Assembly (NCBI GenBank): GCA_964304625.1
Contig: OZ199838.1
Location: 1,963,927 to 2,027,926, forward strand
Direction of reading: 5' to 3'
Length of the DNA stretch: 64,000 nt
Source of the DNA: Kudoa neothunni
Taxonomy: Eukaryota; Animalia; Cnidaria
In this document: in pieces, positions 36,539 through 50,069 of the stretch
Numbering within the stretch: the first letter of the stretch is position 1
How the letters are laid out: every line of letters begins with the position of its first letter
Program-made: the position numbers and the translations under genes
Notes under the pieces: generated by a model
Database searches by the model: none
What the model saw: only the letters and a program-made list of their open reading frames with translations
Told to the model about the DNA's origin: nothing

Positions 36539-37953
36539 TATTTAACATTCACTTCCTTTGAGTGTTATAGGTTGCTTTGTTGATAGTTGTTTCTTTGTCG
36601 GGGTCATTCTTAACTTAGAACCGTCACTAATATCTCTATGGAAATCCCAACGGGACAAATAACCTATCGCTACCTTAAAGCAATATATAACAATAACAAT
36701 AAAATCAATATCTAAGTATTTAGTTGGAAGCCGTTTAAAATTATGCTATTTCAAAATTGAAATGATAAAATTCAATCCTTGACTTAGCGACCTCACGTAT
36801 GCCTCACGTATCACATGAGGAAGCTCCCACTTTATTATTGACGTTGTTCACCTTACGTAATGAGTAAAATTGGAATTTTCCGAATAATCGGCGAACTACT
36901 TTTCTAATCACTACTCTAAATTATATCTTACGCTAATTATGACTGAGAAAAAGGGCCTACCTGTGTATATATTGTTTATTTTTAATTCTAAGGCTATAAA
37001 GTCCTATTCCATCACACTTTAAATTCATTCTTATCTATTTTTCAATCAAAGCTATATTGCTATATGTGAGATTAGACAGTTATTACTCCTTGTATCAGTA
37101 AAAATAACGACAGAAAAAAGTAGGCGTTACAGTAGATGTGGCCGCACATAAAAAATTTGGTTTTTTGGAGTTATATAAGCTATCATGTCCTACTTTGTAC
37201 TTTGTAATAAATTGTTATACCAAAGGTTTTGTTTTATATTGTGACTAAACGCCACAAATTTGTTTTAATAGAATAAGCCCACATATCGATCCTAGAAAAT
37301 TAGAAAAAAATTCATTAATTTCTTCACTTACATCATATACTGAAGTTTTAGATTATAGACATTTCGTTATTGTCAAATGAAAAAAATGAATTATAAACCT
37401 CTCATTTATCTACTTTAATTTCAACATAACTAATAATCAAAAATCTAGATGAAAATAATTCTTAAATTCATCAGGAAAAAATTATAAAGGCTTTAATTAT
37501 TCTATAAATTAATTCAGCCTTTGAACAATTCAGGAATTTTTGAAATACATAAATATGAATAATTGGACCTCTAATAGATATACAGTCAACAGATTGAGGT
37601 ACGTAACTTATAGAAAGTATCAAAAATATTCATAAAAGAAATGAGTAAATTGGCCCTTAAAATTAATCACACATTTCGCTCGTATCTTTGAAAAATATTT
37701 ACATATACACACAGAAAAATTATAAACGAAACTTTGGTAATTTTCTTTGATTTTCGTAAACAGACGTTATAATTAGCAAGGTTTTAAAAGTTCTAATGAA
37801 ATTATGAATCACATGAGTCTATTGTATAATATTGTTTTAAATATATTGATGGGAAAATATCGTGAGGCAACAACTCGCCTAAAAATGTGTGCGCATGCAC
37901 GTGTGTGGAATTTTACAATGAGTGAAGGTGATCGTTTAAATTTAAAATAAACG

Positions 37954-39313
37954 ATGTTTAAAACCCAACATAATAAAGATAAAATGCTGTACGAAGGCTT
38001 CTTCTATGTTAAAGATAGGATTAACAATTCTCGGCAGTATTAGAGATGCGAGACCAGAAAATGGAAAATGTAAGGGCAGACTTATTACATTCCCCTTAGA
38101 TCACATCACAAGCATTGAAATAAAATGTTCCCACTATCATATTGTTTCAGAAGAGGAAATAAAAAAAGTTAAATTTATGAACAAAATTAAATTATTGGCG
38201 GAGACAACTCAGTATCCAACCAAAAAAGTTTTTTCTATTGCCTCAACAACAACAAATATAAATAATATTCCAATTATTTCAAAAAGTACAATGTACAAAA
38301 ATATTCAGACGCTGAGAAAAAGAAATAACATAATAATTGATGCCCGTGAAAATCTTTAAAAATCCAATAAATACAAACGGAGGAGAAATATTTTGTCATT
38401 TTTATTCTGACTCAAATTCAAAATCAAGAATAATTGTCTTTACAACGAATACCAATATATGTCATTTGAAAAATTCTTCTGTTTGGATTGTAGATGGGAC
38501 TTTCAAAGTAGTTCCCAAGGGATTTCAGCAGCTATATATTATACATGGAAAGATATTTGGAAAAACATTTCCATTGATGTATGTTTTAATGGCGCGAACA
38601 AATCATGAAGACTACGAAAACTTACTTAAAATTTTAAAGGAAAAATTAGAGTTGGAGTTACCAGAAAATGTAATAATGGACCTCGAACTCGCCCAATATA
38701 ATGCTTTTAAAATAACATAAAAACTAGAAAATATTTTCTTTTGCCTATTTCACTTTGGGCAATGTCTTTGGAGAAAAATTAAAAAGCTGGGATTGGCTAA
38801 AGCTTATTACGATGATCAAAATCTCAGACGATTTCTCAAATGCTCCTCCTCTCTTGCATTCGTACCCCTAGGTCATATTGAAGAAGAGTTCGAAAAATTG
38901 AAAAAAAGTCGTCATATTTTAAAGAAGATAAAATCGATGAAATTATCAAGTATTTTGAGAAAAATTTTTTAAAATCCAAAAAATATCCGGCGTCATCGTG
39001 GAATGCGTTTGCTAGAGTGAGATTCAACGTGGACATAACTACGAATGCTGCAGAATTGTTTCATCCACATTTCAACTCCAGGTTCGATCAATACCACTCT
39101 GGGTTAAATACTTTTATTGAAAAATTAAAAGAAACTCAGAGCTTGGTAGAGCAGGATATAAACTTTATCATGTGTAATCCAAACGAAAACAAAAATTCAA
39201 GATACAGACTCAACATGGAAAGAATTAAGTCAATATTGGAAAATTATGAGGGATACTGTGAAACATTCTTTTTTCAGTCAGTATCTAAAGTATATAATTG
39301 GAAGCATGATTAA
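37954..39313 (+). mobile_element. Mutator (MULE) transposase pseudogene with FLYWCH-like N-terminus
   Basis: YEGFFYVKDR..QY*RCE..KCKGR; VDGTFKVVPKGFQQLYIIHG; MDLELAQYNAF; CLFHFGQCLWRKI; TTNAAELFH. Broken by stops and frameshifts. Confidence 0.9.
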
Positions 39314-39345
39314 TTTAACAAAAAATTTCTCTCATTAATATTTAA

Positions 39346-40686
39346 TTATGTTATCAAAATGTGTTTTTTGTTTTTACGTATAATCCCCCAAAACGCTAAC
39401 TTTTTCCAATAATTTTTGAGCCAATGAAAAGGACAAAAAAAAGTTATCGGCCATAACATTTCTACCAGAATGAAATAAAGGTTTTGATGAGGAGAGAACA
39501 ACACTTTCCCCAATGTTACCTTTCCTTGGTCCCTCAAAATTATTTTTGCCCAGGTACACGCTGATATTTGAAACACAGTTTGAAGTAGGATCCAACAATA
39601 AAAAAAACCAAATGTCATACTTCGCCGGTTCCATGGGCATATATTGACTGAAGGGACATCTTCCCCTAAAGGATACGAGTTGCTCATCCACTGTAATACG
39701 TAATATCTTGGTTTGGAGCGAATCATTTTGGCAGTATATCAACCCATATATCCTCTATCTCACGAATAGGGAAAAATTTCTCGACTGTTTTCCTTTCCGA
39801 TCTTGTATTTATGTAGTCAAAATGAAGGGATCTTGAAATTTGAGTGGAACCCGTATATGAAAACAATCGTCTGTAAATTTCCATGCCTTCATTGACGCTA
39901 AAAAGTTCGCACAACAATTCTTGCCTATCCTTATGAATAGCCATTAGCATTAAACGATCTACATAACCCTTAAATTTAACTTCATCGATATCTCGCCATT
40001 CATCTTTGAAAAAATGATTTCCAAACTTATTTATAAACTTTATAATAATGCTACAGATTTCTGAAGTAAAAAATAACAAAAAACAATGGATGAATGATTT
40101 TATTTTTAACAACGCATATGAAATGGCACCAGTAGTGGAATTCATTATATTTTCGACACAGGTATTTCTTGTATATAATTTTAACAAAGTCCAAAGAATT
40201 CCATTTTTACTCTTTAAAGTATTATCATTGATATCAATGTAATATATTTCTTCGTCCGATATATCATTTTCGTCAATAATTTGTTCATCAAATTCGCTTC
40301 CAGATGAGGTAAATTCGTCAATGAACCCATTTGCGTCACTCATTTAGAATCATTTAGAATTAGGCAGTGCGCGCACATGCGCGTTGTCCCAAGTAGTCAC
40401 TTTGTTAGTTGTTTTCTTAAACTATACTCGTTTTATTTTACTAAAAATTTACTATTTCACTTTTTACAATATACTCATTACATTAAAGTGATAAAAAAGT
40501 GGAGTAAATTTTACCCCAAAAAACGTTAGAGGATAATCTTTAAATAAAAACTTTTTTATTAGTGAGTTTTTTCCAATTTATTCGAAAAACAAAGATCATT
40601 ATAATTTGCACGAATAGAAAAAATTTAATGAGGTTGAATAATTGAAACAAAAAGATATGATGAATACAAAATCGTTGGAGGGTTAA
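39346..40686 (-). mobile_element. piggyBac (PGBD4-like) transposon, 3'-truncated pseudogene
   Basis: Acidic N-terminus in 39723-40343; TVDEQLVSFRGRCPFSQYMPMEPAKY and ADNFF in 39374-39742; terminus GAGGG-TTAA ending at 40686. Confidence 0.88.
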
Positions 40687-42054
40687 ATTGTGACAGGGGC
40701 CCACGAGATGTAATACGAAGGAGTTATCACCTACTGTATTACTAATTTCTAGCCTATTTTCTAATATAATTTATGGAACAATTCACAAAAGATATAGAGT
40801 AGTAGTGAAATGAGCCAATAGATCCAACAAAAAAAATTTGTTTTAGGTATTTTAGAGAAAAGTTTTAATTTCTTCATGTAAAAAAAATACACTAAATTCA
40901 AGGAATTAAAATTGACCTACAGATCGATCATCGATCGGTCTGACTTAACGTGACATTTTCTAACTTAATAATATAAAAAATCCAAACGCGAAAATTGTAT
41001 AGGCAATATAAGGGCTATTACATTATTAACTTCAATTAACCAAGGAATATTTAGAAATAATCTTCCTAGTAGTTTCCATTTGTGGTTACGAAATTAAAAT
41101 TAAAACGTTGCTATATATGGATATAATAAAGTTCATTTTAGTTTGAAATGGTGAGAATGTGGGATAACCACATATAAATGCGTAGTACGTTTGTTTATAT
41201 TAATCACATGTAAAGGATTATTTCTGGTCAGTGTACTCCCTTGTTTGAAAATTAACTATCAAAGGATAACATACGTAACAACGAGGTACGTGTTTTCCCC
41301 GCGATCGAAAAGTAAATTCAGCGGATACTGAAACTATTGACCCCTTAGCATCGGTTGAACACATTTTAAAGTTGAAGAAATGAATTTAAAATATTCTCTC
41401 AACAAGCCAAAAGAATGTTTATCGTTTTTTTAAATAATTATGAGATTATCGTGTGGGAAATCGTGCACCTTGTCCTACTTCTATAATTGGTTTAGTAGTA
41501 ATGGATCAACTTCTATGCACATTAACATACTGTAAGAACCACAAAGAAACTTATTTTCAGAGTATGTAAAATAGGCTCAAATACATTCTAGATAATCGCA
41601 CCAAAGGTATAACACTGAATAGATTATAGTGAGGTGGAAACGTTCACACTCATCACTTCATACATCAAACCCCTGAGGATGGTTTTGGCGGTAGAAGAGT
41701 ATTTCCTGTATAAGGTAGGTCAACTGATCGTTATCACCTATTAAGTACAAGTGTGACAACGGTCATGTTAGTGCGATTAACAATGATGTAACAGCAAACA
41801 ATGTTTGAGTTTAATTTTGCAATTAATAATGTAAGAACTTTATTTATCTTAATCTATGGATTAGATCAAACACGAAAACCTTTAAGAGAAGCGAAGAAAA
41901 AAGTTAAATATTTGTTTGGTGACAGTTGTCGTGGAATTGATCGATAAATCGTCGAAACATTATAAGTCCCTGTAATCCGGTATATGAGGCATCTAGTTGA
42001 ATTATTCTAACATTGGCTGAAGGTGCTACTTCGATCAAAGTCGACTGATTAACG

Positions 42055-43190
42055 ATGTTGAGCAAGGAACGTTTCATGAAAATAGTGGAAGATTACGGCA
42101 TAAAGAAGGCCGTTTTGTTGGTGATTTTGACATTCCAGGCCACATTCACCACAATTTGGGTCAAATACTCCACTAAGCCGGGGAGAACACCATATTCCAA
42201 AGCTACACTGGTGGTGTGGATGGAGGTAGGCAGTTGTGGTTGATCTAAACATTGGAAAGTCTTCCTAATTCTAGGTGTTCAAATTTTGGATATGTACGCT
42301 GATTGTACTTTTTCAAGCTCGTTCAATTCGAAAATTTCTACATGTGCTCTATAGAGATATTTTCACTCAACCATTGAATTGTTTGAAGGTTTCCGTACCA
42401 GCGTTTTTGTATGTTATACAGAATAACCTGTTACTGTTAGCTAACCATCGACTTGATGTGGCCACTTACCAGGTAATTATCAAAACAAATGCTGGATTAG
42501 TTGTTTACTCATATACTCAACAGAATTTCCATTGTACACACCAATAACATAATGTATGTACTTATTTAGGTCACATCCCAATTGAAAATTATCACAACAG
42601 CCTTTTTCTGTGTGGTTATGTTGAGAAAACGACTTCGAGTTGAGCAATGGATTGCTATCATTATTCTCACGTTGGGTATCTCTGTGGTTGGAGTTACCCA
42701 ATCGAAAGGGTCGGGGACAAAGTCTATTCATCCATCAGACAATTATCGCTCCTACATATTTGGTCTAGTTTTTCTGATAATCGCAAGTATCACTTCGGGT
42801 TTCGCTGGTGTGTACTTCGAAAAGATCCTCAAAGGCTCTGGGTTTTCAGTGTGGATATTGAATATTCAGCTAGGATTTTTCGGAGCTATTACCTCTTTGT
42901 TATTTTGTTTGATGACCGATCTCAAAAAAATCAAGCAAGAAGGTTTCTTTGCTGGTTATGATTATGTTGTTTGGTTGTTGGCGTTGTACCAAGGTGTTGG
43001 TGGGCTCGTGATAGCACTGGTGATCAAATATGCTGATAACATTCTGAAAGGTTTCGCCAACTCTTGTTCAATCATCATTTCGGCTTTGTTGGCATCTTAT
43101 ATTTTCGGCACTTCGTTGTCATATTGTCTCATGCTTGGCTCACTGTTAGTGGTGATATCCGTTATCTTGTATGGGGTATTCTCCAAATAA
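42055..43190 (+). CDS. SLC35A2: SLC35A-family nucleotide-sugar (UDP-Gal/UDP-GlcNAc) transporter, 3 exons
   Basis: LKVSVPAFLYVIQNNL, DVATYQ/VTSQLKIITTAFF, TSGFAGVYFEKILKGS, KYADNILKGFA. Introns at 42226-42274 and 42473-42569. A2 versus A3 cannot be resolved. Confidence 0.9.
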
Positions 43191-45160
43191 GATAACAGAT
43201 AGTGTGCTGTAGTGTAAAAATTGATCGTGTCAGATTAACCAATTAGAACTATTTAACATATTGCATATATTATTTTACATTTGAATGAGGTTTTTCTTTG
43301 GCGTCCACACCGAGTCGATTCGTTAATTCTATATCCAAGGTTGCAGTTTAAGTTTGATTGCGGAATTTCGAAAAATGATGATTTTCTTAAATTATATTCA
43401 TTTTCTTTCTAATATAACTTAGAAAGAGCATACTTTTTACTATTTAAAGTGTGAAAACTTGGCGAAGCTTATTCTGTTACCGCTTGTTAGGCGATCTCCT
43501 CCCCCTTAATGTGTAGGCATTGCAGGACAAGTAACATCTTCTCTTATCTTTTTTGGCAGTGCAAGAGCTTACATCAAGTAAAATAAATCTTCGTTTCTGT
43601 AGTAACACTTTACTTTACCATCTTTGGAAATCGAGGGGTTATCCCTATAGAGTCTGTGATATTTTTAGCTAATATGCTCATAACAAATAACACATCGTTC
43701 ACCCATACTACAGTTGCTCTTGAGTTATGATGCGTTTACTTTGAGGACAGACATTAACTATATATTCAGTTTCTATTACGGAAATGAGTGGAATAGTGAA
43801 GAAGCAAAAAATGGTCTTATCGAGGCTAGGGGTTGAACTTGTGACGTTTGAAATTATGGCCCAACGCTTATGCAAATTTACGCTAGTTGTTAGTTGTTGG
43901 CCCTCATTTTATTTGTTGTTCTCTATAGAGCTCTTCAATAAATTCTTATCTGATTATTCATTAACACATCCTGTTTACTTACTTATTTAGGAAGTTTTGG
44001 TATTTCGGTGATTCACTAATGCTAATTGTTGTCTTCATATGAAGGATCTATTGTCTTAATTAAACACAGTAATGGCAAAGAAAAAACTCTAATCATAATA
44101 TTTGAATATACAGGAGGTGAGAAATTCGTAACATATTTACTCCGTATCAGATTATAATAATATATTGGAAAATTATTAACTTTATTTATTAACGAGTATA
44201 TTGAGGTTAAACGAATAAAGTAAGTTTTTGAATATAAATCTCCAAATAAAATACTAATATCCGAAAGAATCATAATTTTTATTCCTATTAATTTGGTGTT
44301 TTAAAGGATTCAATAAATAAAAGGCAAATTATAAATTTTGCATATATCTTTATTGTTAAATATTCAATGAATATTTTACGCAAAATTCTTAAATTATTTG
44401 AGTTTTACATGTCGTTTAGGACACATAATTGATCTCGTGATGTTTTAAACGTGGAGTTAATTCTTCAACAACACATTTAAAATATGTCATATTGATAATA
44501 GAGATATTTTATGGAAAATAAATAATTTTTTTATTTATATATTATAGAAATTTTACGCTCGAACTCTTAATCTCAACATTCAATATCACGAAAAATTTTT
44601 TGTTATTTTATGCATTCCAAATTTTTTTAATATATGTATAAAGAAAGTTTTTATTTGTATAAATAATATAAAAGTATTGAAATTTAGAATATTTTCGGCG
44701 TATCAATCTCACATTTATTACAAAATCACATTCTAGATAATACCACATAGAATGCTTTCTATTTCGTCTAAAAACGTTATATTTCAAAGATTAAGATAAA
44801 ATAAATTATTATTTATTAAATAAACATGTTTAATCTAGTTTAAAAATTATAGCGGCATTTTAAATCCGCAAATTTGACTTTAATTGATCATAAACGATTC
44901 CTGAATCTAAATAAAGGTACCGATATTTTGACTTTAACAATTTACAAATAATAAATTAGAAAATGGATTATCATAACTATTATTATTTATTTAAACTTTA
45001 AGATTTTATATGTCAATCGAAAATTTTTTCAATACTATCCTTATTGTATTTTCTTTATTTCCTATTAATTCTATATTCTAAACCTAGTTTCATCATTAAA
45101 TTTCAATATTATATGAATATTTGTAATATCGTATGATCGGAAACCTAATTAATAATTATA

Positions 45161-45520
45161 ACCGGGGGTAAATTAAGTTACACCAAAATTGGATAAGGGA
45201 AATTTGGCATAATGCGGTTTATTACGTACTCAAGGATTTTTAAGGAGTTATATTACTCAGGGCTATTAAACTCAATTTAAAATATTAATGGAGATACTTG
45301 AAATGTTTTTAGGAATACATATTTAACAATTATTTATCAAATCATTATAAGCATCTTTCTCTATGTCTCGTTTATCATTTAGAGATGAAGCCTAATAATA
45401 CTTACATAAGAAACAACCTTAAAGTATATATGAATTTAGCTTCCAACTTGAAGTGGTAAATTTGGATTATTCGCCAGCCTGAAAAAGTAAATTTTATAGA
45501 AACATTTGGAAATCCTTGGG
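45161..45520 (+). mobile_element. hAT-like MITE family A, copy 3
   Basis: GGGGTAAATTAAGTTACACCAAAATTGGATA...GCTATTAAACTCAAT...CCTTAAAGTATATATGAATTTAGCTTCC is shared with the other copies. Confidence 0.7.
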
Positions 45521-46214
45521 ATGAATCATTAAAATTGCGAAGTGAAAATTTAGAACCACCCCTAACTTCAAGTTGTACGTTTTTCATCAAATTAATGAAT
45601 TTCAATTTCCCAATTAATTAAATGAATACTGATTCAATAATTAATACAAAACACAATTTTATTCGAAACGCAAAAATATATTAAAATTTTTTAATCACAA
45701 TTCGATTAGTTGAACCGTTCAATCTTAGATTTTTTATGTTGTTTAAGAATAAAAATATTTTTAAATATTAAAAATAATTTATGCAAGCATTATTGTATAA
45801 ATTAAACATTTATAAAGTTAATCAAAATGCTTTTAATGTAATTTTCGATTCCCCCCAAAATGTCCTCTGAATATTCAGATCATTTTAGCATCAATTGGTC
45901 CATTTAACTAAATAAATTTAATTTTTTTGTATTAACAATTAGGATTAATTATTAAAATCAGTCGTTATAAAATTAAAATTAATTATATTTATAGTACGCT
46001 AATTTCTGTCCATTTCGAATAAAGCTAATTAAAAATTTTGGTATTACTTAATTTTAATCATATATTAAATTAAACTAGGGCAATTAAAATCAACTTATGA
46101 GATGAGCTAAATCATTTTATCAGATTAACGCTAGAAAATTAATATCAATATTTTTTACAAAGACTAACGAGATATGCCAATCTAATAGTAAGACGAGCCA
46201 ACCATCAATTATAA

Positions 46215-46245
<31 letters not shown>

Positions 46246-47275
46246 TAATACATTTTTTCTAGCACGTATCCTCAAAATTGATTCTAACCACCTAAAAATG
46301 TCTTTTATTGATGAAATTGGAATACTTAAATATAAATAAATAAAAAATTCTCAAGAAATTTTAAGAATAAAATGAAATAATTCTCTAGTGCGCAAGCGCA
46401 ATACAAACTCATATTAGTTATCAAAAAATGTACCACTGTCAGCCAGATAATAATATTCATCAAGTGATATAAATATGTTAGAAATTAGTAAATTCTCGCT
46501 AAATTCTAAAAATACACAGATAAAGATTAGACACCTAGTGTACAGAATTAATCTGGCCCATTGAGTCAGAGTACCCGTCCTAATAAATATACTCAAAGGG
46601 GATAAATAAAAACCAGCATAAGATAAGCAATTTATGCGAATTATACTTCTCCATTTGAATAAGATGTATAGAGTGGATTGAATAGATGCGAATGGATTTA
46701 TGTCGTCCAGATATCAACAAAATATCACAATTTTATGAGATGGTTTAGAGAATATCATCACCAAGAAAAACTACCGAAATTATCGATTATTGATGATAAT
46801 AATTATAATGGATCGTTTGGGTTAATATTAAGTAAATTAGAGTTCGAATTGAGGCGTTAGTTAATATTTACGATCGACACACCCACCTGCCATACTAGAA
46901 TATACATGCTCATACTTTCGGAAAACAAATTTCACAAAGGTGAAATATGGTTGAATGAAAAATCGAGCCATTGGGAAGGTTTAAGGGCGTAATGTATACA
47001 TCTAATTGAGTAGAATATGTCGGCAGATAATGAATAAGGCTCGTTATGCCGTTGACACTCAACGATTCGTATATTTGAACATTTTAACAATTCTAACAGG
47101 TATTCTACTAATATACAATCAATACAAAAACCTAAATCAATCTAATTGTGCTGAGGTGGAAACTACAATCCACAATGTTAATCTGGCGCAGTGCGTAGTA
47201 GGCTGAACAGGTGACCATCTATTGTAGTGCTGTAGGGGTTGTCGTGTAGTGTCATCCGATAACCTAAATAGTTCA

Positions 47276-48391
47276 ATGTCCGCAGCATGTGTCTTAAAAA
47301 GGCCCTTGAATTCGGTTGAATACTTTTCTGACCACATAGAGCGTGATCTTTGTGCAGGGAAGCGACCGTTGATTCATTTTCCTTCGAATGAGAATGATAT
47401 CAAGCGTGTAGAGAGTGTGAATCAGTCTCTGTCGAAAATTAAGGTGCTTAGTGAGACTACTAGGGTCTCAGCCATAGAAAAACAATCAAAAGCTGCACTG
47501 TCATCATCATCATCATCATCGCCATCATTATCATCGGCGTCACCATCGCCATTACTATCACCATCATCAGCCAAGTTGATTAGGTCCAAATCGTCATCAC
47601 CCTTGAAGAAAAGTGTGAAAAAACAACCCAAGAGCAAATGTATGTTATATACGAAGACGGTTGTGTGTTAATTGTTGTTGTTGTTGTTATAGCGTTGAAA
47701 CCATTGGTAAAATCGGACAAAGAGCTGAGTCTCAACTGTAAGAAAACCAGGAGAAATGGACCTAAGAAACAATTTTGTGAGTCGGAAAAATACAAACTGA
47801 TGGATCCCCCCAAATGTACCAGAACATATCTTACCATTCTTTTGATCTCGGTTTTACGTTGTAGTGAGTAGAGAACAATTGCAACAGACGTTACTCACTG
47901 AGTGTTGCATTTCCAGTGGATCCTCTAAGTCGACTTCCATGGAAGATATTCTGTTGGCCAAGAAATTTAGACTACTATCCCAAGACGATGCTTTCAAGAA
48001 TTGCTCTACCGCTCGTCAGGTGCTGGATGTGCTCAAACGTGAAAAGTTTGCCAGTAAAGAATACCTTGAGAAGTGCAAGCTGTTTTCGCTCAATGAAGTT
48101 ACCAAAATGTGTAATGATGCATGGAAGAAGCGAGAATCACAATTGAAACTCCATTTTGATGAACAACTGAAACTACTTCTGAATGGTAATTTTTGGAGTT
48201 GATGTGGTTTTATGTGAGATTATTGATGTAGAACAACACACCGACTTCCTAAAGTTTCAACAAGAGTCATTAAATGTATGCGGTGCTGTCAAACATGAAT
48301 ACTCCTCCACTCCTTCATGTAATTTAATCGAAACTCTATAACGAATTGGTTGATTGGTGGTTATGTTTGGATTGATTTAGATATTTCTTGA
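47276..48391 (+). CDS. AKIRIN: Akirin, 5 exons
   Basis: N-terminus MSAACVLKRPL (compare MACATLKR). C-terminal LFSLNEVTKMCNDAWKKRESQLKLHFDEQLKLLLN/EQHTDFLKFQQE. Terminal S-Y/I-S* (compare SYVS). Confidence 0.88.
47501..47570 (+). repeat. (TCA)n-derived poly-Ser/Pro coding tract in Akirin
   Basis: tcatcatcatcatcatcatcgccatcattatcatcg..., translating as SSSSSSSPSLSSASPSPLLSPSS. Confidence 0.85.
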
Positions 48392-48704
48392 CATTGTGAT
48401 GAGTATTGCCGTTCGTTTCCATCTGGATTTTTATTGTGTATGTTGTTAGTGTGATATAACGTTTCGTATGAGTTTCTATGCGATAGTTTTTGTTGTTTGA
48501 ATTGACTTGTCTTTATTTCGGGTGAATGATGAAACGTGAAATCCGTGCTATTTTGTCACTTGTTGTATTACGTATTCGGAATGGTACGTTGGCGCATTAC
48601 GCACCTTAAGTTGGGATTGGCCGTTTTTGAATTAATTATGCTGCCGATATTATGTGATAAGCCTGTTTGCATACTCGGTTTTTATTATTACTAATTCTCT
48701 AACG

Positions 48705-48935
48705 CAGAGGTTCTCAACCGGAAGCAAATTTTTAATGAAATGGGCCAATTTTTGAATGATACGAGCTAAATTTAATAACATAAAAATTGGATGGGAGCAA
48801 TTTTTTCATATGCGGTTTATGACTCATTTAAGGATGTCTAAGGAATATATTATTCAGAGCTATTAAACTCAATAAGAAGTTCGCAGAATTGATCAGAATA
48901 TTTTTAGGAATAAGTATTTAACAATTAATTAGCGG
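48705..48935 (+). mobile_element. hAT-like MITE family A, partial copy 4
   Basis: CAGAGGTTCTCAACC end; GCTATTAAACTCAAT and TTTTTAGGAATAAGTATTTAACAATTA are shared with 45161-45340. Confidence 0.6.
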
Positions 48936-49055
48936 CTTTTGTATCCAAACCCGGAATGCCTTAGCTTACGGTTAATGAAAGATTTTTCTATTTGTTTAAT
49001 AGCGCCACATTAATAAGAGAAGTTTATATGTATATGCACCAAAGTTACATATTGT

Positions 49056-50063
49056 TTAACCTTCCGAGCCGAGCGTTTCTGGGGTCAATTTGACTCCAAA
49101 GCCTATTGTACTACAAGTTTTATATACATAGAAGAATTGAAAAATAATAATATCTAATGTTTTCTCCTAAAACATAAAATATTTTATCATTTTTTAATAA
49201 AAATTTGAAAAAGTAGAATAAACAACAATATACAAAAAAATATATTTGGTGCTTTTGAGGTCAATTTGACCCTAGGGTTTGTATCGCTTCAAATGATGAC
49301 AGAATATTGGAAAATATGTACACGAGATCATACGCGGTGACACTGGTGTCCCCGTTATACCGCGCCGTCCGCGAGAAATTACCCCAAACATGCTAACAAA
49401 AGCTCATGGGAAACTTTGATGAAATTTCTCTCAGATTATGATAGCGGTTCTAACGAAATATTTTTTTTCATTTATTTTAGTTATCTAAATTCAAGTTCTG
49501 ATTGATCTGATGATAAAGATGAGGATTTGAATGTGTTTTACGAGAAGATTAATGTTTATGGTCTAAATTATATCCAAAGGGCGATATACAAAAATTCATT
49601 TGTTTGCATGCTATACAAACTGGATTAAAATGGTTTTGACTATTTTTGCTTTTTCCCTGTATTGTGGGATTACGTAAAAGTGGTTATCAATGGTAGGAAA
49701 CTAATTTGTTATTCAAGTTACGAATGAACTTAATTTATCAATATCTCTAGTAAAAACGTTTTTTAAATCATTCCTGCTCGTCAAAAATTGATTTATCTAA
49801 CTAATTCGTTACAATAAAGCCCAAGTCAACAAAAACACAGGCTGCGCCAAGAAATTCTCACAAAATCGAACTATTTTGTATACGTGCAGTGTCAATCTTA
49901 ATGAAAATACCACGGGAATTTGTCGATAATTTTTTATTTAATTTGACATATGATTACATAACTGTTTATTACATTTAACAATACAATAATAGCCTGGGGT
50001 CAATTTGACCCCAAAAGCACCAAGGGTATAGTATAGTCGATTCTGAGGCGCTCAGGAGGTTGA
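49056..50063 (+). mobile_element. Internally deleted piggyBac element
   Basis: TTAA-CCTTCCGAGC ... GCTCAGGAGG-TTGA. Palindromic subterminal GGGGTCAATTTGACCCC-like motif at about 49081, 49258 and 49996. Acidic N-terminal transposase remnant at about 49390-49530. Confidence 0.8.
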
Positions 50064-50069
50064 TATAAT

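Noticed and set aside
43820-43885. tRNA-Met-like gene on the minus strand
   Set aside because: Stems and A/B boxes are too degenerate; at most a decayed SINE head.
47422-47637. Asp-rich minus-strand ORF
   Set aside because: Reverse complement of the Akirin (TCA)n poly-Ser tract.
49081-50012. Repeated GGGGTCAATTTGACCCC palindromes as CRISPR repeats or operators
   Set aside because: Irregular spacing and located within piggyBac termini; these are subterminal transposase-binding repeats in a eukaryotic context.
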